A stretch of DNA of 63,859 nucleotides from Gracilinanus agilis (taxonomy: Eukaryota): contig NC_058134.1 of assembly GCF_016433145.1 (NCBI RefSeq), positions 282,446,639 to 282,510,497 of the forward strand, given 5' to 3'. The position numbers were made by a program, and so were the translations under genes. Within the stretch, counting starts at the first letter, position 1. The number at the start of each line of letters is the position of its first letter. The notes under the pieces were generated by a model that was given only the letters and a program-made list of their open reading frames with translations, searched no databases and was not told where the DNA came from. This document shows positions 49,401 through 60,814 of the stretch, piece by piece.

Positions 49401-52400
49401 TTTCAAAATTGAATCTGGATGCTAGTGAGCAAAGCACAACAGATGAAGGTCTAGCTAAACCAAACCTAAGAGAAGAACTAGCCTTAGTATGCCAGAAAAC
49501 CACACAGGCCAGAGAGGAAAAAGGAAAAGGAATAAGACTTCTTGAGGGGAGGTACCAGATGGATAATCTCAACCAAAAAGGGCCAGGGGGGACGTCTCCC
49601 AAAGGGCTATGGACCCTCGATGTATAAAAGAGAATTAGACAGTAAAGTGTCTTCATCCTGCTTGAACCCAGAAGGGCAGAGGGTCCACTAAAGAGTGGGA
49701 TACAGTGTGATTTGGACCCAAAGGGGGAAAACTGGGGTTCTACAGCATCTGGGAGACAGGATAGTGGACCCAAGGACTAGCCCAAGTCCTAAACTTGCAT
49801 GCATGAAATGCATGAAATCAAGGCAGTTTGGTTTTCTCCCTCTTTGATTCAGGACTCCCATCTCCATTAACTCTTCCTTTTTGCAGTTTGGTATGTTCCA
49901 ATTTATTTTCTCATACTCAATAAATACTTATTGACTGACTGATTCTACTTTCTTAGTAGTAGTAGGTGAAATAGGGAAAGGACTGGACCTGTGATTTCAC
50001 TGATGTAGGGAATTTCTGGGTGAGGAAACTCTTTCACCCATGAAAATTGGCACCTTTTCTTCATTTTCCAGTCTTAGGAAGCTGCCTGGATCACTGAGAC
50101 ATGAAATATCTTTCCCAGGGACATTCAGTCAGTAGGTGTCAGGAACTTGAACCTTGGCCTTCTTGGCTTTAAGGCCTCTATTCATTAAGGCATCCTGTTA
50201 AAAAAAAAAAACCCCTTCAGCAGCTTGGGAGTGCCTGGGATCAAGGAATTTTCCCATAAATTGATCTGGAAAAGTGATTGGAGGAGGCAGGGTTGGCCCT
50301 ACACTTTTAGTACCTGCAAATTTCCACCTTCAGAGCTAGAAAAGGGAAGTGAGGAATTTGGGATTCTCTCAACCACCCCTTTGCCCCAGCTTGAAAAGCA
50401 TCCTGTTTCTTCTACCATCCCATCTTTGTTGTCCACATTCTCAAGCCGAAGATCTTTGGGAAAGAAGACCCACCATCTTTGTCATCCCTAGACTTGCCTG
50501 ACCACTCTGAGGCTTTAGTCCTGCTTCAAGTTTGACTTCTGAGTTCAGATTCTTAATTTCTCACTCCCTTCTCCTGCCTTCCATCATCAGGCACAGAGAT
50601 TCCTGTTGGGCCTAAAGGATAACCTGCCAACTAAGATCACCGACAACAGGTGGCCACCTCCTCCTTACAAATCCTTTACCCTGGCTAATCAGGAACTGAA
50701 GATCATTTACCACCAGTGGAAGGTGAGAAAACTGTTGCAGGGGCTAGGGGAGGCCTCTTTCCTTCCAATCTCATGTGTATATAAGAGTTCTCCTTTCCCT
50801 TCTTCCCCTCCAAAATCTCTGGTTCTGAACCCTCTCCATCAGTACTTCTGGGTCTCTGTTTCTCTCTGTCCAGTGCAAAAAGTATCGAGATCAGCTTTCC
50901 CCACAGAAGAGAGAGGTCCTGAAGGACAAACTCTGTGCCAGTGAATTGTTTAAAGGCAAAAAGGCTTCATATCCTGAAAGGTAAGGACACTGGAGTCTGG
51001 GGTGCATCAGCCACAGCCAGGAGATTTTCCAGGTAGACACAGCCCTATCTGACCCTGAAAGGGATGGGTAAATACTTGAGGAGAGAAAGAACTGGGGGAA
51101 GCCCAGAGCCACCTGCCCTCTCATGCCTTTTCTGTGTCCTTAGTGTCCCTGTGCCATTCCGAGGGGACTATGTGATGCTTCATGGGAAACCCAAGCTGCA
51201 ACAGCTGCAGAAAGCTGGTGATGGGCCTGTGCTGATGGCTGACACTGTGAATAAAATCAACCGAGCTGATGGCAAGGTTTGAACCCTCAACCTCTATCCC
51301 TTGGAACTGTCCCACCCCCTACCACATAGCAGCTCTGTGTGGATTCTGGCTCTGAGGTAGAGGCCAAGTTCTCCTCATGGAGGGAGAATAGAATAAATGC
51401 AGGAGGGTCCTAGGCTAGCCAGTGACCAGTGATCCCAAGCAAGTTGCCATATTTCTGAGGCTCTGTTTCCTTGTCTGTCAAATTCTCCCAATAATCTTTA
51501 CAAGCATAGGTTGCTAGGAGAAAGGCTTTATAAATTCTTAAACCACTTTAAAAATGAACCGTTACTTTTATCCTTTTCCCCCTATTCCTTCCCTCACCCC
51601 AGATGGTCCCAAGGATTCTCCTCCTGACCAAGAGTCATGTCATCCTTGCTGATGCCAAGGGCTCCAAAGTCAAGAGCGTCATTGGGCTGGAGAGCGTGGA
51701 TGAGGTGTCTGTCAGCAGCCTTCAGAATGGACTCTTTGGCTTACACCTCAGTGAGGTACCCCCAGGGTGGCCATGACTCTCAGAGGTCAGGAAAAGGGGC
51801 AGGCGAGGAGAAGGAGGAGGAGGAGGAGAAGGAGAGGCAGCAGGGGCTGGGGCTGCCGTTATTTTTGTGACTCTCTCTCCATCATCTCTCTCTCTTCTTC
51901 TTCTCTTCCCACTCCCCAAGATCTCTTCAGTGGGCTCCAAGGGAGACTTCCTGCTGGTCAGTGAGCATGCCATCGAGTTGCTGACTAAACTCTACCAGGC
52001 TACACTGGATAAAATGAAGAGGCCACTACCAATTACTGTGACTGAAGAGTAAGGATCCTCAGTAGGGCCTGGGGAGGTCATAAGGAGGAAGCAATGGGTC
52101 ACCATGACCTGGGAGTCATTAAAGGAGAAAGAGAGCTGGGCAGAACTCTCCCCTGTGGGTAAACAATGCTCTGGGAGCTTTCCTTCTTTCCTCCCACCCT
52201 GACAATTCATTGATTCATTCAAGCAGCATTTATTAAGGATCTACTATATGCTAAGCACGACTCTCCTAGTTGCTTTAGACTGCCTTCTGAGACATCTGGC
52301 AGCAGGGATTCATTCCCTGTGGAGAGGGAAGGGGCCTGGTCCAGGCAGGAAAGCACCCATGAGTGAGCTGGTCGGGGCACCAGCCTTTATTCCCACCCTT

Positions 52401-52541
52401 CATCTCGCCCCAAGGTTCACTGTCAAGTTCAAAGAAGGCGACCTGACTGTGAAGGTCATTCAGAGCCAGATGAACAAGGGGAGCAACAAGCTAAGCTGTA
52501 AGAAGAAGGGACACAACCAGTTGGAGGTGTTTGCACAATGA
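35133..52541 (+). CDS. MYO1A: Unconventional myosin-Ia (brush border myosin I), 27 coding exons, 1042 aa
   Basis: join(35133..35246,35441..35556,35913..36007,36473..36577,36688..36734,36937..37000,37196..37294,37651..37754,37974..38121,39786..39904,39998..40084,40319..40384,42308..42412,44164..44226,44548..44748,45057..45283,46112..46312,46566..46659,46891..47040,47214..47282,49001..49075,50591..50722,50874..50980,51144..51276,51603..51755,51921..52048,52415..52541) = 3129 nt, all GT-AG, frame intact. P-loop GESGSGKT, switch I NDNSSRFGK, switch II DIYGFE, IQ motifs ([16 protein letters not shown]), TH1 tail; N-terminus [19 protein letters not shown] is MYO1A-like; synteny with NEMP1 and TAC3. 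Confidence 0.97.
35568..35616. repeat. (TG)n microsatellite just after the second MYO1A coding exon
   Basis: Pure TG run starting 11 nt after the donor. Confidence 0.95.
36092..36290. mobile_element. hAT MITE family B with a replaced, foreign interior
   Basis: Family-B termini, perfect 8-bp TSD CTCTAAGC (36084-36091, 36291-36298); interior 36133-36248 does not match the other two copies. Confidence 0.88.
38350..38440. repeat. (TCTCTG)n simple repeat
   Basis: Pyrimidine-rich hexamer/dimer run. Confidence 0.9.
38640..39560 (-). mobile_element. Degenerate L1 fragment (~38640-39300) followed by MIR (~39360-39560)
   Basis: T-rich reverse L1-like sequence; cccattttacagatgaggaaactg MIR core. Confidence 0.55.
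40391..40441. repeat. (TG)n microsatellite just after the switch-II exon donor
   Basis: Pure TG run. Confidence 0.95.
40445..42065. mobile_element. Cluster: L2 pieces, MAR1-like (-, ~41020-41240) and two SINE1-like (+, ~41690-41850 and ~41880-42065)
   Basis: L2 tail ttcttgagggcagggact...gtaggtgcttaataa; MAR1 gtggtttgccatttccttc; SINE cores and tails. Confidence 0.7.
42424..42463. repeat. (CA)n microsatellite
   Basis: CA/CAGA run after the 42308-42412 exon. Confidence 0.9.
42881..43065. mobile_element. hAT MITE family A variant, right TIR truncated by a SINE (~43063-43185)
   Basis: Left TIR cagtgattcccaaagt after ttctagag; different interior; ends at aaaagtttggg and fuses to a SINE head. 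Confidence 0.8.
43843..44085 (+). mobile_element. MAR1-like CORE-SINE
   Basis: cagctaggtggcccggtggatagagtg head, MIR core, aaggaaatggcaaaccagtccagt tail. Confidence 0.8.
45550..45750 (-). mobile_element. SINE1-like SINE
   Basis: ttctgtcttagtatcaattctaagg tail and gtgacttgcccagg core. Confidence 0.75.
47605..48720 (-). mobile_element. L2 remnant with nested MAR1 piece and SINE1 (~48268-48465)
   Basis: aatcaatcaataagtatttatt...tatgtgccaggc L2 tail; SINE aaacctttaccttctctcttag. Confidence 0.6.
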
Positions 52542-52708
52542 GGGGGCTGGAGAGCCATTAGCTCCTGTCTCCTGGAATGGCTCCTAGAAGCAACGTCATG
52601 GCCAGGAATTGGAGAAGAGAATGCGAGAAGGGAAAGTAGAGAAGACTCTTTAGATTCTCTCTGTCTTCTTTCTCCTCCAGGTCCACTTCCTGACCCTCTT
52701 TGGTTCCC

Positions 52709-52714
52709 AATAAA
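52709..52714 (+). terminator. MYO1A polyadenylation signal AATAAA
   Basis: AATAAA about 170 nt after the TGA stop. Confidence 0.7.
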
Positions 52715-54659
52715 ACATGTCGGCAATGGAAGGTCTGCTTATTTTGAGTGGGGGGGGGTGTCTCCAGGACCAGCCAGTTCTCCCCAGTTTCCTTCTCTAG
52801 TCCTAGGACCACCTGTCTCCCCTCTCCACTGTCTCCCCCACCCAAAAAATATCCCAAACAACTCATCTGGCTCCCTGGAGCCAGTAATATAGATGATGAG
52901 GGCAGGTTAGAAGGAAAATAGCTTTTTAGCTCTCTGCTGCTGAGCTTGATAATGTGGGAGAATAAAAGGAAGGAGGTGAGAGTCAGATTGCAGGTATCTC
53001 TTGGACTGACATATTAAATATGTTCCTGGAAGGCTGGGAATCCTGGTCCCAGAGAAATGCTGGAGCTCACAGAGATTCTATCTGGGAGGGGACCAGAGGA
53101 GAGAGGGCAGAGATGGGTTGAGGTGAACGTGGGAAGAAAATGCCCACCACCACCCCCCAGCAGCCAGGTGCCTCTTCATCCCTCTTAAAGCCCTCTCCTT
53201 GGCATTGGGCTGGACCACACCTGCCTCCCTAGCCTTTCACTCCCTCTTATCTCTGACCTCACCCTCCCACACACCCCCTGGATGCCACACTGATGCCAGA
53301 CAATTATATTGCCAATCCATGTCCCACAGCTGGGGCCTGCAGCTGGTGGTACTCAGAGGGCGGGGGGGACTAACACTCTCTCTCCGCCAAGGCCACCCAT
53401 TCATTTGGCTTTTCTCTTCCTGATAATGCCTTCTCATTGTCTCATTTTCTTTTTCAGCTTCTCTGCTTCAGTCTGTCTCCCTCTCTCTGCATCTCTCATC
53501 ATCTGTCTTTAATAGTAACGTCTGATACTTAATATCGTACCTTTTCTTCACAGCCTTTTCCTAGGCATTATCTCCTTTACTCTGTTCCTTCTCATTTCAG
53601 TTCCACTCTGTCTCAGCCAACCAAATATTTATTCAGGTGCACACTCTCTGCTGTTTATGTCTCCATCTTGGCTATTGTTCATGTTTTTCAGGATAGCTTT
53701 ACCTCTCTTAGTTTCCCCTCTATAACGATATCTTTCCACCCCCTCTCCATCCCTTCTCTCACTCCTTTCTTTCTAAGTCTACCTCGATGCCCACCATCCC
53801 TTGAGAGTGGGGTCCCTGCTTTTCCCAGATCCATCAGCAGTCAGCTCAGAGCCCCAGTTAATCAAGTTGGAAAAGATATGATTCATTTTTCATTTAACCT
53901 GGAAATGGATCTGACTCTCCCCGCACAGTGCTGCTCTGAGGGGCTCGTCTGGCTGAACCAGGACTGAGGCGGTTAGCTTTTCCCTGCCCTTTAGAGAGGC
54001 CATGGGATTTTCACTTCATCTCCTGGCTTGACCCAAGAGCTGTTTGTTCCCAGAGGCACAGGACAGTCTCACCCCAGGCCCCTGACACAGACTGTGAAGG
54101 CTCTAAAGAGTAAAAAGAGGATACACGACTATGGGGTAGGTTGCCCCCACCCCATTCCTCCTATAATCAGCATCATCTGTCTCTTCCTGTGCCCAGGGCC
54201 CAAATTGTCATCATTTTCTGGTGAAGTGTCTGTTCATTTTCCGAAGCAATTTCAGGAGAGGACACAACGGCTGCTCCCTCCTCCACTCCTTCTTCCCTCT
54301 CACCCTTGTTGCAGGCACAGAGTGGGGAGAGAGGCGCAGAGCTTGGAGGAGCCGTGGGTCCTTGACCCTCAGCCCCACTATCTCCATGCTCCAGCCCATA
54401 GTGGACCCCAAATCCAAGGATTAATGAATTTGAGGGAGTGGAAATTAGATCGCCCTTTCTTTCCCCTTCTGTCTTGCCCCTCCAGGCCCTCTCTCTTTGT
54501 CCTTTTTTCCCATGGATGGTTTTAAGTCTCTTCTGTCGGTGGAGAGAGATGTATTACTGAGTCATTCCTGCAATCCTCATTCTTTCATTCAATCATTTTC
54601 AGTCATGTCTGAGGATTAAATGGAAAGATATTTGTAATAGCATAGTGCCCGGCACATAG

Positions 54660-54908
54660 TGTTGTTATTATTGAATCGTGTCTGACTCCTTGGGACCCCA
54701 TTTTGGGTTTTCTTGGGAAAGAAAATAAAGTGATCTGCCATTCCTTCTCCAGATCCTTTTACAGGTAAGGAAACTGAGGCAAACAGGGTGAAGTGACTTG
54801 CCCAGAGTCACACAGCTAGTAAGTATTTGAAGCCAGGTTTGAACTAAAAAAAATGTCTTCCTGAATCCAGGTCCAAAACTCTAACCACTGTGCCACCTAG
54901 CTGCCCCT
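54660..54908 (-). mobile_element. MAR1-like CORE-SINE
   Basis: gtgtctgactccttgggacccc...gaggcaaacagggtgaagtgacttgccc...gccacctagctgcccc. Confidence 0.8.
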
Positions 54909-55473
54909 GAAATCTTCATCTGCCCTCCCTTTACTTGCTACTTCTCAGGTAGCCACAGAGCAGGGGCCACACCATGGACCCACACAGGTTAGATTTCAGA
55001 GAATCCAGGAACTTGGATGGGGGTGGGGGGCATGAAGAGGGATCGGATCTTTATTTCAACAGATTTTTCCTGGCAATCCTATGCATTTTATTTTATGCAT
55101 AATAATAATAGAGCTTGAAGTCTATGAAACGATTTATCAATATTATCTCAGCCAAAGGATTCCATGACACAAAAAAGCATTAAGAACCTCTGCCTCAGAG
55201 TTCAGCTCCAGACTTTCTTCCCATCCTCTATCCAATATTTCACAGAATCCTGAAGCAGCAATAGAAATAAGTTCAATTCTTACTTAAGCTGAATTCTTCT
55301 CTACAACATCTGGCCTCTGCTTGTTGATCTCTAGCAATGGGCAATCCAATGCCCTCTCCTGAGACAGACCATTACATTTTTGAACAGTGACTAGTTGGGG
55401 AATTTCCCCCTATAAATCCATTGAGATCCACTTTGCTGCAGAGAGGGCAGAAAATCTGTAGGAGCCTCTAATC

Positions 55474-55682
55474 CAGGGGTTGGCAATGTACAGCTCTCGA
55501 GCCATAGCTGGCTTTTTTGAGGGCCAGATATGGCTCTTTCTGCAGGAGCCATAAAGTCCATTTTTTTTTTTCAGGCGCTGTTACAGGAGCGGCACTGTGA
55601 GCACTGTACGGCTCTCACGAAATTACATTTTAAAAAATGTGGCGTTTATGGCTCTCAGGGCCCAAAAGGTTGCCAACCCCTG
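55474..55682. mobile_element. hAT MITE, family B
   Basis: TIRs caggggttggcaa / ttgccaacccctg; perfect 8-bp TSD CTCTAATC; interior near-identical to 28979-29184. Confidence 0.92.
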
Positions 55683-55904
55683 CTCTAATCTAAAGAAATC
55701 TTCCCATTTTCATCCTCCCATAAATTAGCAATTCCCACCAACCCCCATCCAACCTCTCCGGGAAATTTTGTATTGTTTATATTGTGTTCATGTTATTTCC
55801 CTCAATATAATAGCAGCTCTTTGAGGGCAGAGACTGCTTCTTTTTAAGTTTTTCATGCCCAGCACTTAGCCCAGTGCCTGGCACATATTAGGTGGGGTTT
55901 TTTT

Positions 55905-56085
55905 AAATATTATTTTTAATTAAGCTCTTCCATACTGTCTTATTAAGAACTCTAAGATAGAAGGATAAGAGCTAGGCAAATGGAGTTAAGTGACTTGCCC
56001 AGGGTCACATAATGTATCTGAGGCCAGTTCTGAACCCAGGTCTTCCTGATTCCAGGCCTGGCACTCTCACCTAGTTGTCCCCTCA
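55905..56085 (-). mobile_element. SINE1-like SINE inside an L2 tail
   Basis: SINE core; flanked by ttgagggcagagact...gcacatattagg and gtaggctcttaataaatg. Confidence 0.65.
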
Positions 56086-56489
56086 GTAGGCTCTTAATAA
56101 ATGTTTATTGATTTCTAGGTCAACCTCAAACCCCTTCCTCTTGCATCCTATTTGCACTTAGAGAACTCTCTCAAAGCTGAGGACCCCTTTTAAAGCAGAA
56201 TGTAGCTCAATTTGCACCCTCTCTAGGGTCTATACCCCTCAGAACCTATTCCCTTTATAAGAATCCCTTTAGGGCTACTAGTTCTCAATTTCTAGTCCAA
56301 AGACACATTTTCTCTCCTCAGTCTTTCAAGAACTAATCAAAGAAACAATTTTCAAATTCTCAGGTTATTTCAGCCTCCCCTTGAGAAATGTATTAGCTAT
56401 TGTTATAAATTCATATTTATATGGCACTTTAAAGTCTATAAAGTAACAGTCTATAAACTAATCCTAGTAATAATCTTGAAAGATAGGAC

Positions 56490-57140
56490 TTTAAATGAGG
56501 TCTTAAAAGAGTTGCAAACTATTAACCATCAAATGAAAAAATGCTCCAAACTACTAATAAGAAGAGAACCACAAATAAAAACCTGAGGTTCACAATTATG
56601 ATAAAAAATGTGAATAACCAGTGGTTGTAGAATTTGTCACTAGTGCATTGTTGGTGGAGTTGAGAATCAATAAAAACCAATTAGATAAGGAATGATGAAC
56701 TGCTTGATTTCTATAAAAACTGGGAGGACCTCCATGAACTGATTCTGAGTGAAATGAGCAGAACCAAGAGAACATTGTTCGCAAAAAGTGAAACCATCAA
56801 ATGTAATTGACTTTGCTAATAAAAGCAATTCAATGATCCAGGATAATCCTGAGCAACTTATGAAAAAGAATGTTATCCACAGCTAGAGAAAGAAATGTGG
56901 GATTAGAAATGCAGAATAAAACATGATTTATCACTTGTTTTATAGGTGTATGGTTTGGGGTTTTGGTTTTAAGAGATGACTCTATTACAAAAAATGAATA
57001 ATAAGGAAATGGTTTTTGAGTGATAATACATGTATAATGCAGTGGAATTGCTTGTCAGCTCCCGGAGAGGGGAGGGAGAGGAAATGAATCATGTAGCCTT
57101 GGAAAAATATTCTTAAAAAATTAATTAATTTAAAAAATAA
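56490..57140 (+). mobile_element. L1 3' fragment (older)
   Basis: atgaaaaaatgctccaaactactaataat..., G-rich 3'UTR and A-tail. Confidence 0.75.
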
Positions 57141-58548
57141 AAGTAAAGATCGTATTTATCATATGGGTTGGCTGGGGGAGGGGTGAGAGGAGTATAGGGG
57201 TAAATTTGGAGGACGTTTAAAAAAAGAGCATCAACAAAAACTCATTTAAAAAAATCAACCCCTAGCCTCAATCTCTCCTGCTGTAAACTGTATCTCAGCC
57301 CTTTTCTTCATAATTCCTGGAAGTGATTCTCCTGTAGCCTGTGAGATTCGGGGCTCCAAGAAATAGAAGGGGCAGCAGCTGGGGACATGCCGTGCTGCCG
57401 AGGTTCTTGACTGGCTCAGGGCCACATTTCTCTATTCCTGCTCCATGACTTCGCTTGGCTGGGAGGCTTCAGCCTTGCCTGGATGACATTTCCATCTGCT
57501 CCCCACGCACTCCTCTGCCCTGCTCGCTACCTCCCTCTCCGCCTTTCAGAACCAGGGACACAGCTTCCGCTCCTAGCTTCATGACTTGGCTTGGAGTGGA
57601 CATTGCAATCCTCCAAAGGCAGCCTCCCCAGCTGCTCCCTCAAGGACAGAGCCAGCATCTCCGCTGGAGGGGGAGCAGATGTGGGCGTGCGTATGTGTCA
57701 CAGGGGCACACATTTATGCACAGGGGTACACCCTCCCTCCCCGCCCCCTCCCTGCCCCAACCCCTGGCTCCTGGGGAGTAATTAAGTCGCCCTTTCTGAT
57801 CTCAGCCAGCATTGCTGCTGACAGCCTTCTCCCTCCCCTGACTTCCCAAACAGAAGGAGGGTGAGGAAGAAAAGAGGTTACAGGGTGGGACAGGAGACCC
57901 CCTAGGGCCCCTGGTACTCTGGTCCATCCGCAACGCGAGCTTGATTACAATAGTGTCTGTGCTGAGTATTTTGAAACGCATCTGCTTGCGTTTCGTTTCC
58001 AAGCAAAATGCCCACATTTTTTTTTTCCCATGCCTTTTTTCCCAGGTACTGACTTGAGCCGCAGTACACCTTCCACACACAACCCCTCCGCCCCCCTCCC
58101 TGGCTCTTCTTTCTCCTTCTTCTCCGGCTTAGCTCAGTATCAGTTCTTTCAAGTCCTTGCTAATTCTGCAGATCAAGGGGCTACTAGTTACCCCTGCCAT
58201 CTCCTTGCTTACCCCCCTCTGAGGCCCCTACCCGCAGGACGTTAGGGAGCCTCATCAAAGGACATTATTCATATCAGACCTTTCTCCAAAGCTCTCTGAC
58301 CGGGAGAAGAAGAAGGGAAGGAAGAGAGAACCACTGGCAGGACCTAAGAAGTCTATACCAAGCCTGCCTCTACCCATCTCAAACTCCCTTGCCCTGAAAG
58401 TGCCATCAAGCTCGGAGCTAGTCACCAAACAGGGAGCATCGACTTAAAATTGTGGTTTTGTTTCTTATTTGGAACATTTAATTTTTGGTTACATTTTGAG
58501 GTCTGTGTGGTCTCCCTCCCTCCTAAACCCACATTAGAGAAGGTCAAC

Positions 58549-58550
<2 letters not shown>

Positions 58551-58628
<78 letters not shown>
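58551..58628. repeat. Compound (TA)n(GA)n microsatellite
   Basis: Direct reading. Confidence 0.95.
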
Positions 58629-58630
<2 letters not shown>

Positions 58631-59267
58631 ACATACTTCCATATAACAGTTCTTTCTCTAACATTTTCCGTTTTAAGTCCTTTGTAGTTGATTTAAATAT
58701 TCATATTACTCAGAAGAGCTGAATCACTCACAGTTACTCTTCAAATAATATTACTGCTCCCTAATATACTGTTCTCTTGGTTCTGCTCATTTCACTCTCT
58801 TTCCATGTTTTTTGCTGCAGCACTTTTTTATGGCACAGTAGTATTCCATTACAATCTGATAGCATAACTGGGTTAGTTATTTCCCAATTGATGGACATTT
58901 CCTCAATTTCTAGCCCTTTGCTACAATAAAGAGAATTGCTAGAAATATTTTAGAATGTTATTACTGGGTCAAAGAGTGTTTTATAACTCTGTAGGCATAA
59001 TTCCAGATTGCTCCCCAAAATGGTTGGATGAGTTCACAGGTCTATCAATAGTGTATTAATGTCTGAACTTTTCCACATCCTCTCCAAATTTCTTCATTGT
59101 CTCCTATGATTTTAGTCAATCTGATAGGTGTAAGATGGTACCTCAATGTTGTCTTAATTCGCATTTCTTTAATAAAAATGATTTAAAAAAAAAACTCTTA
59201 CTTTCCATCTTAGATTCAATACTGTGTACTGGTCTGAAGCCAGAAGGATGGTAAGAGCTAGAGTGAC

Positions 59268-59438
59268 CAGTGATTCCCAAAGTGGGCCCCACCTCCCCCT
59301 GGTGGGTGCTGCAGCAATCCAGGAAGGTGGTGATGGTCACAGGTGCATTTGGGGGCAGTGATAGTATGTGACAAGGGGTGCTAAGTAGTACTTTTTCTGG
59401 AAAGGGGTCGGTAGGCCAAAAAAGTTTGGGAACCACTG
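59268..59438. mobile_element. hAT MITE family A nested in a SINE
   Basis: TIRs cagtgattcccaaa / tttgggaaccactg; right target atctagac. Confidence 0.85.
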
Positions 59439-60630
59439 ATCTAGACAATGGAGTTTAAGTGACTTGCCTGGGATCACACAGCTAGGAAGTATCAGAGGTC
59501 AAATTTGAACCCAGGACCTCCCATTTATAAGCCTGGCTCTTGAGCTTACTTACTTACTTATTTACTTACTGTCCCCTAATCAATAATGATTTAGAGCATT
59601 TCTTCATATAATTAATTACATGTAGCTTCCAAAAACTACCTATTCTTGTCCTTTAACTTTATCAATTGTGGAATGATTCATATTCTTATAAATTGAATCA
59701 ATTTTCAAAATATTTGACATTCTTATCCAAGAAACAGACTATAAAATTTCCCCCCATTTTATGCTTTCCTTGCCATCTTGGCTATGTTGGTCTTATTTGT
59801 ATAAACCCTTTTTAATGTAATAAAAATGATCTATTTTTCATCCCCCAAATCTCTTTGTTTCTTATTTGTTCACAAATTCTTCTTCTATCCATAAATCTGG
59901 TAGGTAATGTGTTTCCCTATTCTAATTCACTTATGATATCTCTCTTTATGTCTAGGTCATGGATCCATTTTTTATCTTATCTTGGTAAATGGTGTAAGAG
60001 AGTGGTCAATACCTAGTTTCTGCCAGAATGCTTTCTTTTTTTTCTTTTTTATTTTTTTTTCATCTATTTTTACCACCTAGTGAGTTCTTATCCCCAAAGC
60101 TTAAATCTTTTCATTTACCAAACAAAAAGTTATCTATAATCATTTTCTATTACATATTGTATAATCTGTTCTATTCACTGAGCCACCATTCTATTTCTTA
60201 CCCAGTACCAGGGAGTTTTTTTTTAATTACCAAGCATTTATTTTCCCCTTCATCCCCACCACTCTCTACTGAAGGGTGGGGGAGATGAAGGGTGGGGGAG
60301 ACCCTTTTAAGAAACAGAAAATTGATTTTAAAACATCACCTTAGCACTCTGAGGTAAATCGATAATCCATCAGTGTGCTTTTTTCATTTCATTTGCATGA
60401 ACAACCTACACTGCCCTTCTCTCTCCTGGTGCCTACCTTCTTCCTCCCACCTCCTTCCCCTAAGTACCCTAGAATCCTCACTCCTCTCTCTTCATGCTTT
60501 TCTCACCAGCCCTGTTCCTTTTCTTCGGGGTCTACCCAGTCCAGCAATTAGCTGGGCTTTTAAAGAAGCCTCATTAGACTTGTGTATAATTAAGAGGTCT
60601 AGGGAACCAGCTGCTGCCCAGACTCTGGTC

Positions 60631-60814
60631 CAGGGGTTCTTACTTAACCTTTTTGGTGTCATGGACTCTTTTTTGTCAGTCTTGTGAAGCCTACAGACCC
60701 CTTCTCAAAAAATGGTGGTTTTAAAAAAATTCATAATGGAAGTAAATGCTAAATTATAGTGAAAATAAAGATATAAGTTCATGGCATCCTCAGACCCTAG
60801 GCGAAGAACCTCTG
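60631..60814. mobile_element. Ancient Charlie-type hAT element
   Basis: caggggttctta...aaccttttt...catgga left end, gaagaacctctg right end; a related fragment at ~55060-55192. Confidence 0.6.

Larger units (their letters stand above)
58455..60250 (-). mobile_element. L1 3' fragment with nested SINE (~59170-59545) and MITE
   Basis: Reverse ORF2 C-terminal sequence (gtagtattccatt, ttcccaattgatggacatt). Confidence 0.75.
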
